This document shows positions 15,001-30,000 of a stretch of DNA of 64,000 bases, piece after piece. Position numbers and translations under genes: made by a program. Position 1 is the first letter of the stretch, and each line of letters begins with the position of its first letter. Source of the stretch: Eledone cirrhosa (taxonomy: Eukaryota); the NCBI GenBank assembly GCA_964016885.1, contig OZ024752.1, positions 29,946,001 to 30,010,000 of the forward strand. Direction: 5' to 3'. Below the pieces are notes generated by a model that saw nothing but the letters and a program-made list of their open reading frames with translations, was not told the origin of the DNA and did no database searches.

Positions 15001-18000
15001 TAGGTTGCCAGAGATGGTAATATTGTAGATGTGGGATGTGAAGTCACTGTAATAGATTGGCAGAGATGGTAATGTTGTAGATGTGGGATGTGTGGTCACT
15101 GTAATAGATTGGCAGAGATGGTAATGTTGTAGATGTGGGATGTGTGGTCACTGTAATAGATTGGCAGAGATGGTAATGTTGCAGATGTAGGATGTGAGGT
15201 CACTGTAATAGGTTGCCAGAGATGGTAATATTGTAGATGTGGGATGTGTGGTCACTGTAATAGATTGGCAGAGATGGTAATGTTGCAGATGTAGGATGTG
15301 AGGTCACTGTAATAGGTTGCCAGAGATGGTAATATTGTAGATGTGGGATGTGAGGTCACTGTAATAGATTGGCAGAGATAGTAATGTTGTAGATGTGGGA
15401 TGTGTGGTCACTGTAATAGATTGCCAGAGATGGTAATATTGTAGATGTGGGATGTGTGGTCACTGTAATAGATTGCCAGAGATGGTAATATTGTAGATGT
15501 GGGATGTTTGGTCACTGTAATAGATTGCCAGAGATGGTAATGTTGTAGATGTGGGATGTGAGGTCACTGTAATAGGTTGCCAGAGATGGTAATATTGTAG
15601 ATATGGGATGTGAGGTCACTGTAATAGATTGGCAGAGATGGTAATATTGTAGATGTGGATGTGTGATCACTGTAATAGATTGGCAGAGATGGTAATGTTG
15701 TAGATGTAGGATGTGTGGTCACTGTAATAGATTGCCAGAAATGATAATATTGTAGATGTGGGATGTGTGGTCACTGTAATAGATTGCCAGAGATGGTAAT
15801 ATTGTAGATGTGGGATGTGTGGTCACTGTAATAGATTGCCAGAGATGGTAATGTTGTAGATGTGGGATGTTTAGCCACTGTAATAGATTGGCAGAGATGG
15901 TAATATTGTAGATGTGGGATGTGTGGTCACTGTAATAGATTGGCAGAGATGGTAATGTTGTAGATGTGGGATGTGTGGTCACTGTAATAGATTGGCAGAG
16001 ATGGTAATGTTGTAGATGTGGGATGTGTGGTCACTTTAATAGATTGCCAGAGATGGTAATATTGTAGATGTGGGATGTGTGGTCACCGTAATAGATTGCC
16101 ACAAATGGTAATGTTGTAGATGTGGGATGTGTGGTCACTGTAATAGATTGGCTGAGATGGTAATGTTGTAGATGTGGGATGTGTGGTCACTGTAATAGAT
16201 TGCCAGAGATGGTGATGTGGGATGTGTGGCCACTGTAATAGATTGGCAGAGATGGTAATATTGTAGATGTGGGATGTGTGGTCACTGTAATAGATTGCCA
16301 GAGATGGTAATGTTGTAGATGTGGGATGTGTGGTCACTGTAATAGATTGCCAGAGATGGTAATGTTGTAGATGTGGGATGTGTGGCCACTGTAATAGATT
16401 GGCAGAGATGGTAATATTGTAGATGTGGGATGTGAGGTCACTGTAATAGATTGGCAGAGATGGTAATATTGTAGATGTGGGATGTGTGGTCACTGTAATA
16501 GATTGGCAGAGATGGTAATGTTGTAGATGTGGGATGTGAGGTCACTGTAATAGATTGGCAGAGATGGTAATATTGTAGATGTGGGATGTGTGGTCACTGT
16601 AATAGATTGGCTGAGATGGTAATATTGTAGATGTGGGATGTGTGGTCACTGTAATAGATTGGCAGAGATGGTAATATTGTAGATGTGGGATGTGTGGTCA
16701 CTGTAATAGATTGCCAGAGATGGTAATGTTGTAGATGTGGGATGTGAGGTCACTGTAATAGATTGGCAGAGATGGTAATATTGTAGATGTGGGATGTGTG
16801 GTCACTGTAATAGATTGGCAGAGATGGTAATATTGTAGATGTAGGATGTGTGGTCACTGTAATAGATTGGCAGAGATGGTAATATTGTAGATGTGGGATG
16901 TGAGGTCACTGTAATAGATTGGCAGAGATGGTAATATTGTAGATGTGGGATGTGTGGTCACTGTAATAGATTGGCAGAGATGGTAATACTGTAGATGTGG
17001 GATGTGAGGTCACTGTAATAGATTGGCAGAGATGGTAATATTGTAGATGTGGGATGTGAGGTCACTGTAATAGGTTGCCAGAGATGGTAATATTGTAGAT
17101 GTGGGATGTGTGGTCACTGTAATAGATTGGCAGAGATGGTAATATTGTAGATGTGGGATGTGAGATCACTGTAATAGATTGGCAGAGATGGTAATGTTGT
17201 AGATGTGGGATGTGTGGTCACTGTAATAGATTGCCAGAGATGGTAATATTGTAGATGTGGGATGTGTGGTCACTGTAATAGATTGCCAGAGATGGTAATG
17301 TTGTAGATGTGGGATGTGTGGTCACTGTAATAGATTGCCAGAGATGGTAATATTGTAGATGTGGGATGTGACGTCACTGTAATAGATTGCCAGAGATGGT
17401 AATGTTGTAGATGTGGGATGTGTGGTCACTGTAATAGATTGGCAGAGATGGTAATATTGTAGATGTGGGATGTGTGGTCACTGTAATAGATTGCCAGAGA
17501 TGGTAATATTGTAGATGTGGGATGTGTGGTCACTGTAATAGATTGCCAGAGATGGTAATGTTGTAGATGTGGGATGTTTGGCCACTGTAATAGATTGGCA
17601 GAGATGGTAATATTGTAGATGTGGGATGTGTGGTCACTGTAATAGATTGGCAGAGATGGTAATATTGTAGATGTGGGATGTGTGGTCACTGTAATAGATT
17701 GGCAGGGATGGTAATATTGTAGATGTGGGATGTGTGGTCACTGTAATAGATTGGCAGAGATGGTATTATTGTAGATGTGGGATCTGTAGCCACTGTAATA
17801 GATTGCCAGAGATGGTAATATTGTAGATGTGGGATGTGTGGTCACTGTAATAGATTGGCAGAGATGGTAATATTGTAGATGTGGGATGTGTGGTCACTGT
17901 AATAGATTGCTAGAGATGGCAATGTTGTAGATGTGGGATGTGTGGTCACTGTAATAGATTGGCAGAGATGGTAATGTTGTAGATGTGGGATGTGTGGTCA

Positions 18001-21000
18001 CTGTAATAGATTGGCAGAGATGGTAATATTGTAGATGTGGGATGTGTGGTCACTGTAATAGATTGGCAGAGATGGTAATGTTGTAGATGTGGCATGTGAG
18101 GTCACTGTAATAGATTGCCAGACATGGTAATGTTGTAGATGTGGGATGTGTGGTCACTTTAATAGATTGGCAGATATGGTAATGTTGTAGATGTAGGATG
18201 TGTGGTCACTGTAATAGATTGCCAGAGATGGTAATGTTGTAGATGTGGGATGTGTGGTCACTGTAATAGATTGGCAGAGATGGTAATATTGTAGATGTGG
18301 GGTGTGTGGTCACTGTAATAGATTGGTAGAGATGGTAATATTGTAGATGTGGGATGTGAGGTCACTGTAATAGATTGGCAGAGATGGTAATGTTGTAGAT
18401 GTAGGATGTGAGGTCACTGTAATAGGTTGCCAGAGATGGTAATATTGTAGATGTGGGATGTGAGGTCACTGTAATAGATTGGCAGAGATGGTAATGTTGT
18501 AGATGTGGGATGTGTGGTCACTGTAATAGATTGGCAGAGATGGTAATGTTGTAGATGTAGGATGTGTGGTCACTGTAATAGATTGCCAAAGATGGTAATG
18601 TTGTAGATGTGGGATGTGTGGTCACTGTAATAGATTGGCAGAGATGGTAATATTGTAGATGTGGTATGTGTGGTCACTGTAATAGATTGGCAGAGATGGT
18701 AATATTGTAGATGTGGGATATGTGGTCACTGTAATAGATTGGCAGAGATGGTAATGTTGTAGATGTGGGATGTGTGGTCACTGTAATAGATTGCCAGAGA
18801 TGGTGATGTGGGATGTGTGGCCACTGTAATAGATTGGCAGAGATGGTAATATTGTAGATGTGGGATGTGTGGTCACTGTAATAGATTGCCAGAGATGGTA
18901 ATGTTGTAGATGTGGGATGTGTGGTCACTGTAATAGATTGCCAGAGATGGTAATGTTGTAGATGTGGGATGTGTGGCCACTGTAATAGATTGGCAGAGAT
19001 GGTAATATTGTAGATGTGGGATGTGAGGTCACTGTAATAGATTGGCAGAGATGGTAATATTGTAGATGTGGGATGTGTGGTCACTGTAATAGATTGGCAG
19101 AGATGGTAATATTGTAGATGTGGGATGTGAGGTCACTGTAATAGATTGGCAGAGATGGTAATATTGTAGATGTGGGATGTGTGGTCACTGTAATAGATTG
19201 GCAGAGATGGTAATGTTGTAGATGTGGGATGTGAGGTCACTGTAATAGATTGGCAGAGATGGTAATATTGTAGATGTGGGATGTGTGGTCACTGTAATAG
19301 ATTGGCTGAGATGGTAATATTGTAGATGTGGGATGTGTGGTCACTGTAATAGATTGGCAGAGATGGTAATATTGTAGATGTGGGATGTGTGGTCACTGTA
19401 ATAGATTGCCAGAGATGGTAATGTTGTAGATGTGGGATGTGAGGTCACTGTAATAGATTGGCAGAGATGGTAATATTGTAGATGTGGGATGTGTGGTCAC
19501 TGTAATAGATTGGCAGAGATGGTAATATTGTAGATGTAGGATGTGTGGTCACTGTAATAGATTGGCAGAGATGGTAATATTGTAGATGTGGGATGTGAGG
19601 TCACTGTAATAGATTGGCAGAGATGGTAATATTGTAGATGTGGGATGTGTGGTCACTGTAATAGATTGGCAGAGATGGTAATACTGTAGATGTGGGATGT
19701 GAGGTCACTGTAATAGATTGGCAGAGATGGTAATATTGTAGATGTGGGATGTGAGGTCACTGTAATAGGTTGCCAGAGATGGTAATATTGTAGATGTGGG
19801 ATGTGTGGTCACTGTAATAGATTGGCAGAGATGGTAATATTGTAGATGTGGGATGTGAGATCACTGTAATAGATTGGCAGAGATGGTAATGTTGTAGATG
19901 TGGGATGTGTGGTCACTGTAATAGATTGGCAGAGATGGTAATATTGTAGATGTGGGATGTGTGGTCACTGTAATAGATTGCCAGAGATGGTAATGTTGTA
20001 GATGTGGGATGTGTGGTCACTGTAATAGATTGCCAGAGATGGTAATATTGTAGATGTGGGATGTGACGTCACTGTAATAGATTGCCAGAGATGGTAATGT
20101 TGTAGATGTGGGATGTGTGGTCACTGTAATAGATTGGCAGAGATGGTAATATTGTAGATGTGGGATGTGTGGTCACTGTAATAGATTGCCAGAGATGGTA
20201 ATATTGTAGATGTGGGATGTGTGGTCACTGTAATAGATTGCCAGAGATGGTAATGTTGTAGATGTGGGATGTTTGGCCACTGTAATAGATTGGCAGAGAT
20301 GGTAATATTGTAGATGTGGGATGTGTGGTCACTGTAATAGATTGGCAGAGATGGTAATATTGTAGATGTGGGATGTGTGGTCACTGTAATAGATTGCTAG
20401 AGATGGCAATGTTGTAGATGTGGGATGTGTGGTCACTGTAATAGATTGGCAGAGATGGTAATGTTGTAGATGTGGGATGTGTGGTCACTGTAATAGATTG
20501 GCAGAGATGGTAATATTGTAGATGTGGGATGTGTGGTCACTGTAATAGATTGGCAGAGATGGTAATGTTGTAGATGTGGCATGTGAGGTCACTGTAATAG
20601 ATTGCCAGACATGGTAATGTTGTAGATGTGGGATGTGTGGTCACTTTAATAGATTGGCAGATATGGTAATGTTGTAGATGTAGGATGTGTGGTCACTGTA
20701 ATAGATTGCCAGAGATGGTAATGTTGTAGATGTGGGATGTGTGGTCACTGTAATAGATTGGCAGAGATGGTAATATTGTAGATGTGGGGTGTGTGGTCAC
20801 TGTAATAGATTGGTAGAGATGGTAATATTGTAGATGTGGGATGTGAGGTCACTGTAATAGATTGGCAGAGATGGTAATGTTGTAGATGTAGGATGTGAGG
20901 TCACTGTAATAGGTTGCCAGAGATGGTAATATTGTAGATGTGGGATGTGAGGTCACTGTAATAGATTGGCAGAGATGGTAATGTTGTAGATGTGGGATGT

Positions 21001-24000
21001 GTGGTCACTGTAATAGATTGGCAGAGATGGTAATGTTGTAGATGTACGATGTGTGGTCACTGTAATAGATTGCCAGAGATGGTAATGTTGTAGATGTGGG
21101 ATGTGTGGTCACTGTAATAGATTGGCAGAGATGGTAATGTTGCAGATGTAGGATGTGAGGTCACTGTAATAGGTTGCCAGAGATGGTAATATTGTAGATG
21201 TGGGATGTGAAGTCACTGTAATAGATTGGCAGAGATGGTAATGTTGTAGATGTGGGATGTGTGGTCACTGTAATAGATTGGCAGAGATGGTAATGTTGTA
21301 GATGTGGGATGTGTGGTCACTGTAATAGATTGGCAGAGATGGTAATGTTGCAGATGTAGGATGTGAGGTCACTGTAATAGGTTGCCAGAGATGGTAATAT
21401 TGTAGATGTGGGATGTGTGGTCACTGTAATAGATTGGCAGAGATGGTAATGTTGCAGATGTAGGATGTGAGGTCACTGTAATAGGTTGCCAGAGATGGTA
21501 ATATTGTAGATGTGGGATGTGAGGTCACTGTAATAGATTGGCAGAGATAGTAATGTTGTAGATGTGGGATGTGTGGTCACTGTAATAGATTGCCAGAGAT
21601 GGTAATATTGTAGATGTGGGATGTGTGGTCACTGTAATAGATTGCCAGAGATGGTAATATTGTAGATGTGGGATGTTTGGTCACTGTAATAGATTGCCAG
21701 AGATGGTAATGTTGTAGATGTGGGATGTGAGGTCACTGTAATAGGTTGCCAGAGATGGTAATATTGTAGATATGGGATGTGAGGTCACTGTAATAGATTG
21801 GCAGAGATGGTAATATTGTAGATGTGGATGTGTGATCACTGTAATAGATTGGCAGAGATGGTAATGTTGTAGATGTAGGATGTGTGGTCACTGTAATAGA
21901 TTGCCAGAAATGATAATATTGTAGATGTGGGATGTGTGGTCACTGTAATAGATTGCCAGAGATGGTAATATTGTAGATGTGGGATGTGTGGTCACTGTAA
22001 TAGATTGCCAGAGATGGTAATGTTGTAGATGTGGGATGTTTAGCCACTGTAATAGATTGGCAGAGATGGTAATATTGTAGATGTGGGATGTGTGGTCACT
22101 GTAATAGATTGGCAGAGATGGTAATGTTGTAGATGTGGGATGTGTGGTCACTGTAATAGATTGGCAGAGATGGTAATGTTGTAGATGTGGGATGTGTGGT
22201 CACTTTAATAGATTGCCAGAGATGGTAATATTGTAGATGTGGGATGTGTGGTCACCGTAATAGATTGCCACAAATGGTAATGTTGTAGATGTGGGATGTG
22301 TGGTCACTGTAATAGATTGGCAGAGATGGTAATGTTGTAGATGTGGGATGTGTGGTCACTGTAATAGATTGCCAGAGATGGTGATGTGGGATGTGTGGCC
22401 ACTGTAATAGATTGGCAGAGATGGTAATATTGTAGATGTGGGATGTGTGGTCACTGTAATAGATTGCCAGAGATGGTAATGTTGTAGATGTGGGATGTGT
22501 GGTCACTGTAATAGATTGCCAGAGATGGTAATGTTGTAGATGTGGGATGTGTGGCCACTGTAATAGATTGGCAGAGATGGTAATATTGTAGATGTGGGAT
22601 GTGAGGTCACTGTAATAGATTGGCAGAGATGGTAATATTGTAGATGTGGGATGTGTGGTCACTGTAATAGATTGGCAAAGATGGTAATATTGTAGATGTG
22701 GGATGTGAGGTCACTGTAATAGATTGGCAGAGATGGTAATATTGTAGATGTGGGATGTGTGGTCACTGTAATAGATTGCCAGAGATGGTAATGTTGTAGA
22801 TGTGGGATGTGAGGTCACTGTAATAGATTGGCAGAGATGGTAATATTGTAGATGTGGGATGTGTGGTCACTGTAATAGATTGGCTGAGATGGTAATATTG
22901 TAGATGTGGGATGTGTGGTCACTGTAATAGATTGGCAGAGATGGTAATATTGTAGATGTGGGATGTGTGGTCACTGTAATAGATTGCCAGAGATGGTAAT
23001 GTTGTAGATGTGGGATGTGAGGTCACTGTAATAGATTGGCAGAGATGGTAATATTGTAGATGTGGGATGTGTGGTCACTGTAATAGATTGGCAGAGATGG
23101 TAATATTGTAGATGTAGGATGTGTGGTCACTGTAATAGATTGGCAGAGATGGTAATATTGTAGATGTGGGATGTGAGGTCACTGTAATAGATTGGCAGAG
23201 ATGGTAATATTGTAGATGTGGGATGTGTGGTCACTGTAATAGATTGGCAGAGATGGTAATACTGTAGATGTGGGATGTGAGGTCACTGTAATAGATTGGC
23301 AGAGATGGTAATATTGTAGATGTGGGATGTGAGGTCACTGTAATAGGTTGCCAGAGATGGTAATATTGTAGATGTGGGATGTGTGGTCACTGTAATAGAT
23401 TGGCAGAGATGGTAATATTGTAGATGTGGGATGTGAGATCACTGTAATAGATTGGCAGAGATGGTAATGTTGTAGATGTGGGATGTGTGGTCACTGTAAT
23501 AGATTGGCAGAGATGGTAATATTGTAGATGTGGGATGTGTGGTCACTGTAATAGATTGCCAGAGATGGTAATGTTGTAGATGTGGGATGTGTGGTCACTG
23601 TAATAGATTGCCAGAGATGGTAATATTGTAGATGTGGGATGTGACGTCACTGTAATAGATTGCCAGAGATGGTAATGTTGTAGATGTGGGATGTGTGGTC
23701 ACTGTAATAGATTGGCAGAGATGGTAATATTGTAGATGTGGGATGTGTGGTCACTGTAATAGATTGCCAGAGATGGTAATATTGTAGATGTGGGATGTGT
23801 GGTCACTGTAATAGATTGCCAGAGATGGTAATGTTGTAGATGTGGGATGTTTGGCCACTGTAATAGATTGGCAGAGATGGTAATATTGTAGATGTGGGAT
23901 GTGTGGTCACTGTAATAGATTGGCAGAGATGGTAATATTGTAGATGTGGGATGTGTGGTCACTGTAATAGATTGGCAGGGATGGTAATATTGTAGATGTG

Positions 24001-27000
24001 GGATGTGTGGTCACTGTAATAGATTGGCAGAGATGGTAATATTGTAGATGTGGGATCTGTAGCCACTGTAATAGATTGCCAGAGATGGTAATATTGTAGA
24101 TGTGGGATGTGTGGTCACTGTAATAGATTGGCAGAGATGGTAATATTGTAGATGTGGGATGTGTGGTCACTGTAATAGATTGCTAGAGATGGCAATGTTG
24201 TAGATGTGGGATGTGTGGTCACTGTAATAGATTGGCAGAGATGGTAATGTTGTAGATGTGGGATGTGTGGTCACTGTAATAGATTGGCAGAGATGGTAAT
24301 ATTGTAGATGTGGGATGTGTGGTCACTGTAATAGATTGGCAGAGATGGTAATGTTGTAGATGTGGCATGTGAGGTCACTGTAATAGATTGCCAGACATGG
24401 TAATGTTGTAGATGTGGGATGTGTGGTCACTTTAATAGATTGGCAGATATGGTAATGTTGTAGATGTAGGATGTGTGGTCACTGTAATAGATTGCCAGAG
24501 ATGGTAATGTTGTAGATGTGGGATGTGTGGTCACTGTAATAGATTGGCAGAGATGGTAATATTGTAGATGTGGGGTGTGTGGTCACTGTAATAGATTGGT
24601 AGAGATGGTAATATTGTAGATGTGGGATGTGAGGTCACTGTAATAGATTGGCAGAGATGGTAATGTTGTAGATGTAGGATGTGAGGTCACTGTAATAGGT
24701 TGCCAGAGATGGTAATATTGTAGATGTGGGATGTGAGGTCACTGTAATAGATTGGCAGAGATGGTAATGTTGTAGATGTGGGATGTGTGGTCACTGTAAT
24801 AGATTGGCAGAGATGGTAATATTGTGGATGTGGGATGTGTGGTCACTGTAATAGATTGGCAGAGATGGTAATATTGTAGATGTGGGATGTGAGGTCACTG
24901 TAATAGATTGGCAGAGATGGTAATATTGTAGATGTGGGATGTGTGGTCACTGTAATAGATTGGCAGAGATGGTAATGTTGTAGATGTGGGATGTGAGATC
25001 ACTGTAATAGATTGGCAGAGATGGTAATATTGTAGATGTGGGATGTGTGGTCACTGTAATAGATTGGTAGAGATGGTAATGTTGTAGATGTGGGATGTGT
25101 GGTCACTGTAATAGATTGGCAGAGATGGTAATATTGTAGATGTGGGATGTGTGGTCACTGTAACAGATTGCCAGAGATGGTAATGTTGTAGATGTGGGAT
25201 GTGAGGTCACTGTAATAGATTGGCAGAGATGGTAATATTGTAGATGTGGGATGTGTGGTCACTGTAATAGATTGGCAGAGATGGTAATATTGTAGATGTG
25301 GGATGTGTGGTCACTGTAACAGATTGCCAGAGATGGTAATGTTGTAGATGTGGGATGTGAGGTCACTGTAATAGATTGGCAGAGATGGTAATATTGTAGA
25401 TGTGGGATGTGTGGTCACTGTAATAGATTGGCAGAGATGGTAATATTGTAGATGTGGGATGTGAGGTCACTGTAATAGATTGGCAGAGATGGTAATATTG
25501 TAGTGGTGGGATGTGAGGTCACTGTAATAGGTTGCCAGAGATGGTAATATTGTAGATGTGGGATGTTTAGCCACTGTAATAGATTGGTAGAGATGGTAAT
25601 ATTGTAGATGTGGGATGTGTGGTCACTGTAATAGATTGGCAGAGATGGTAATATTGTAGATGTGGGATGTGAGATCACTGTAATAGATTGGCAGAGATGG
25701 TAATGTTGTAGATGTGGGATGTGAGGTCACTGTAATAGATTGGCAGAGATGGTAATATTGTAGATGTGGGATGTGTGGTCACTGTAATAGATTGGCAGAG
25801 ATGGTAATATTGTAGATGTGGGATGTGAGATCACTGTAATAGATTGGCAGAGATGGTAATGTTGTAGATGTGGGATGTGTGGTCACTGTAATAGATTGGC
25901 AGAGATGGTAATATTGTAGATGTGGGATGTGAGGTCACTGTAATAGATTGGCAGAGATGGTAATATTGTAGATGTGGGATGTGAGGTCACTGTAATAGGT
26001 TGCCAGAGATGGTAATATTGTAGATGTGGGATGTGTGGTCACTGTAATAGATTGGCAGAGATGGTAATATTGTAGATGTGGGATGTGAGATCACTGTAAT
26101 AGATTGGCAGAGATGGTAATGTTGTAGATGTGGGATGTGTGGTCACTGTAATAGATTGGCAGAGATGGTAATATTGTAGATGTGGGATGTGTGGTCACTG
26201 TAATAGATTGCCAGAGATGGTAATGTTGTAGATGTGGGATGTGTGGTCACTGTAATAGATTGCCAGAGATGGTAATATTGTAGATGTGGGATGTGACGTC
26301 ACTGTAATAGATTGCCAGAGATGGTAATGTTGTAGATGTGGGATGTGTGGTCACTGTAATAGATTGGCAGAGATGGTAATATTGTAGATGTGGGATGTGT
26401 GGTCACTGTAATAGATTGCCAGAGATGGTAATATTGTAGATGTGGGATGTGTGGTCACTGTAATAGATTGCCAGAGATGGTAATGTTGTAGGTGTGGGAT
26501 GTTTGGCCACTGTAATAGATTGGCAGAGATGGTAATGTTGTAGATGTGGGGTGTGTGGTCACTGTAATAGATTGGCAGAGATGGTAATATTGTAGATGTG
26601 GGATGTGTGGTCACTGTAATAGATTGGCAGAGATGGTAATGTTGTAGATGTGGCATGTGAGGTCACTGTAATAGATTGCCAGAGATGGTAATGTTGTAGA
26701 TGTGGGATGTGTGGTCACTGTAATAGATTGGCAGAGATGGTAATATTGTAGATGTGGGATGTGAGATCACTGTAATAGATTGGCAGAGATGGTAATGTTG
26801 TAGATGTGGGATGTGAGGTCACTGTAATAGATTGGCAGAGATGGTAATATTGTAGATGTGGGATGTGTGGTCACTGTAATAGATTGGCAGAGATGGTAAT
26901 ATTGTAGATGTGGGATGTGTGGTCACTGTAATAGATTGGCAGAGATGGTAATATTGTAGATGTGGGATGTGAGGTCACTGTAATAGATTGGCAGAGATGG

Positions 27001-30000
27001 TAATATTGTAGATGTGGGATGTGTGGTCACTGTAATAGATTGCCAGAGATGGTAATGTTGTAGATGTGGGATGTGAGGTCACTGTAATAGATTGGCAGAG
27101 ATGGTAATATTGTAGATGTGGGATGTGTGGTCACTGTAATAGATTGGCAGAGATGGTAATATTGTAGATGTGGGATGTGTGGTCACTGTAATAGATTGGC
27201 AGAGATGGTAATATTGTAGATGTGGGATGTGAGGTCACTGTAATAGATTGGCAGAGATGGTAATATTGTAGATGTGGGATGTGTGGTCACTGTAATAGAT
27301 TGGCAGAGATGGTAATATTGTAGATGTGGGATGTGAGGCCACTGTAATAGATTGGCAGAGATGGTAATATTGTAGATGTGGGATGTGAGGTCACTGTAAT
27401 AGGTTGCCAGAGATGGTAATATTGTAGATGTGGGATGTGTGGTCACTGTAATAGATTGGCAGAGATGGTAATATTGTAGATGTGGGATGTGAGATCACTG
27501 TAATAGATTGGCAGAGATGGTAATGTTGTAGATGTGGGATGTGTGGTCACTGTAATAGATTGGCAGAGATGGTAATATTGTAGATGTGGGATGTGTGGTC
27601 ACTGTAATAGATTGCCAGAGATGGTAATGTTGTAGATGTGGGATGTGTGGTCACTGTAATAGATTGCCAGAGATGGTAATATTGTAGATGTGGGATGTGA
27701 CGTCACTGTAATAGATTGCCAGAGATGGTAATGTTGTAGATGTGGGATGTGTGGTCACTGTAATAGATTGGCAGAGATGGTAATATTGTAGATGTGGGAT
27801 GTGTGGTCACTGTAATAGATTGCCAGAGATGGTAATATTGTAGATGTGGGATGTGTGGTCACTGTAATAGATTGCCAGAGATGGTAATGTTGTAGATGTG
27901 GGATGTTTGGCCACTGTAATAGATTGGCAGAGATGGTAATGTTGTAGATGTGGGGTGTGTGGTCACTGTACTAGATTGCCAGAGATGGTAATGTTGTAGA
28001 TGTGGGATGTGAGGTCACTGTAATAGATTGGCAGAGATGGTAATATTGTAGATGTGGGATGTGTGGTCACTGTAATAGATTGCCAGAGATGGTAATGTTG
28101 TAGATGTGGGATGTGAGGTCACTGTAATAGATTGGCAGAGATGGTAATATTGTAGATGTGGGATGTGTGGTCACTGTAATAGATTGGCAGAGATGGTAAT
28201 ATTGTAGATGTGGGATGTGTGGTCACTGTAATAGATTGGCAGAGATGGTAATATTGTAGATGTGGGATGTGTAGCCACTGTAATAGATTGCCAGAGATGG
28301 TAATATTGTAGATGTGGGATGTGTGGTCACTGTAATAGATTGCCAGAGATGGTAATGTTGTAGATGTGGGATGTTTGGCCACTGTAATAGATTGGCAGAC
28401 ATGGTAATGTTGTAGATGTGGGGTGTGTGGTCACTGTAATAGATTGCCAGATATGGTAATGTTGTAGATGTGGGATGTGAGGTCACTGTAATAGATTGGC
28501 AGAGATGGTAATATTGTAGATGTGGGATGTGTGGTCACTGTAATAGATTGCCAGAGATGGTAATGTTGTAGATGTGGGATGTGAGGTCACTGTAATAGAT
28601 TGGCAGAGATGGTAATATTGTAGATGTGGGATGTGTGGTCACTGTAATAGATTCGCAGAGATGGTAATATTGTAGATGTGGGATGTGTGGTCACTGTAAT
28701 AGATTGGCAGAGATGGTAATATTGTAGATGTGGGATGTGTAGCCACTGTAATAGATTGCCAGAGATGGTAATATTGTAGATGTGGGATGTGTGGTCACTG
28801 TAATAGATTGGCAGAGATGGTAATATTGTAGATGTGGGATGTGTGGTCACTGTAATAGATTGGCAGAGATGGTAATGTTGTAGATGTGGGGTGTGTGGTC
28901 ACTGTAATAGATTGGCAGAGATGGTAATATTGTAGATGTGGGATGTGTGGTCACTGTAATAGATTGGCAGAGATGGTAATGTTGTAGATGTGGCATGTGA
29001 GGTCACTGTAATAGATTGCCAGAGATGGTAATGTTGTAGATGTGGGATGTGTGGTCACTTTAATAGATTGACAGAGATGGTAATATTGTAGATGTGGGAT
29101 GTGTGGTCACTGTAATAGATTGGCAGAGATGGTAATGTTGTAGGTGTAGGATGTGTGGTCACTGTAATAGATTGCCAGAGATGGTAATGTTGTAGATGTG
29201 GGATGTGTGGTCACTGTAATAGATTGGCAGAGATGGTAATATTGTAGATGTGGTATGTGTGGTCACTGTAATAGATTGGCAGAGATGGTAATATTGTAGA
29301 TGTGGGATGTGTGGTCACTGTAATAGATTGGCAGAGATGGTAATGTTGTAGATGTAGGATGTGAGGTCACTGTAATAGGTTGCCAGAGATGGTAATATTG
29401 TAGATGTGGGATGTGTGGTCACTGTAATAGATTGGCAGAGATGGTAATATTGTAGATGTGGGATGTGTGGTCACTGTAATAGATTGCCAGAGATGGTAAT
29501 GTTGTAGATGTGGGATGTGTGGTCACTGTAATTGATTGCCAGAGATGGTAATGTTGTAGATGTGGGATGTGTGGCCACTGTAATAGATTGCCAGAGATGG
29601 TAATATTGTAGATGTGGGATGTGTGGTCACTGTAATAGATTGCCAGAGATGGTAATATTGTAGATGTGGGATGTGTGGTCACTGTAATAGATTGCCAGAG
29701 ATGGTAATATTGTAGATGTGGGATGTGTGGTCACTGTAATAGATTGCCAGAGATGGTAATATTGTAGATGTGGGATGTGTGGTCACTGTAATAGATTGCC
29801 AGAGATGGTAATGTTGTAGATGTGGGATGTGTGGTCACTGTAATAGATTGCCAGAGATGGTAATATTGTAGATGTGGGATGTGTGGTCACCGTAATAGAT
29901 TGGCAGAGATGGTAATATTGTAGATGTGGGATGTGTGGTCACCGTAAAAGATTGGCAGAGATGGTAATGTTGTAGATGTGGGATGTGTGGTCACTGTAGT

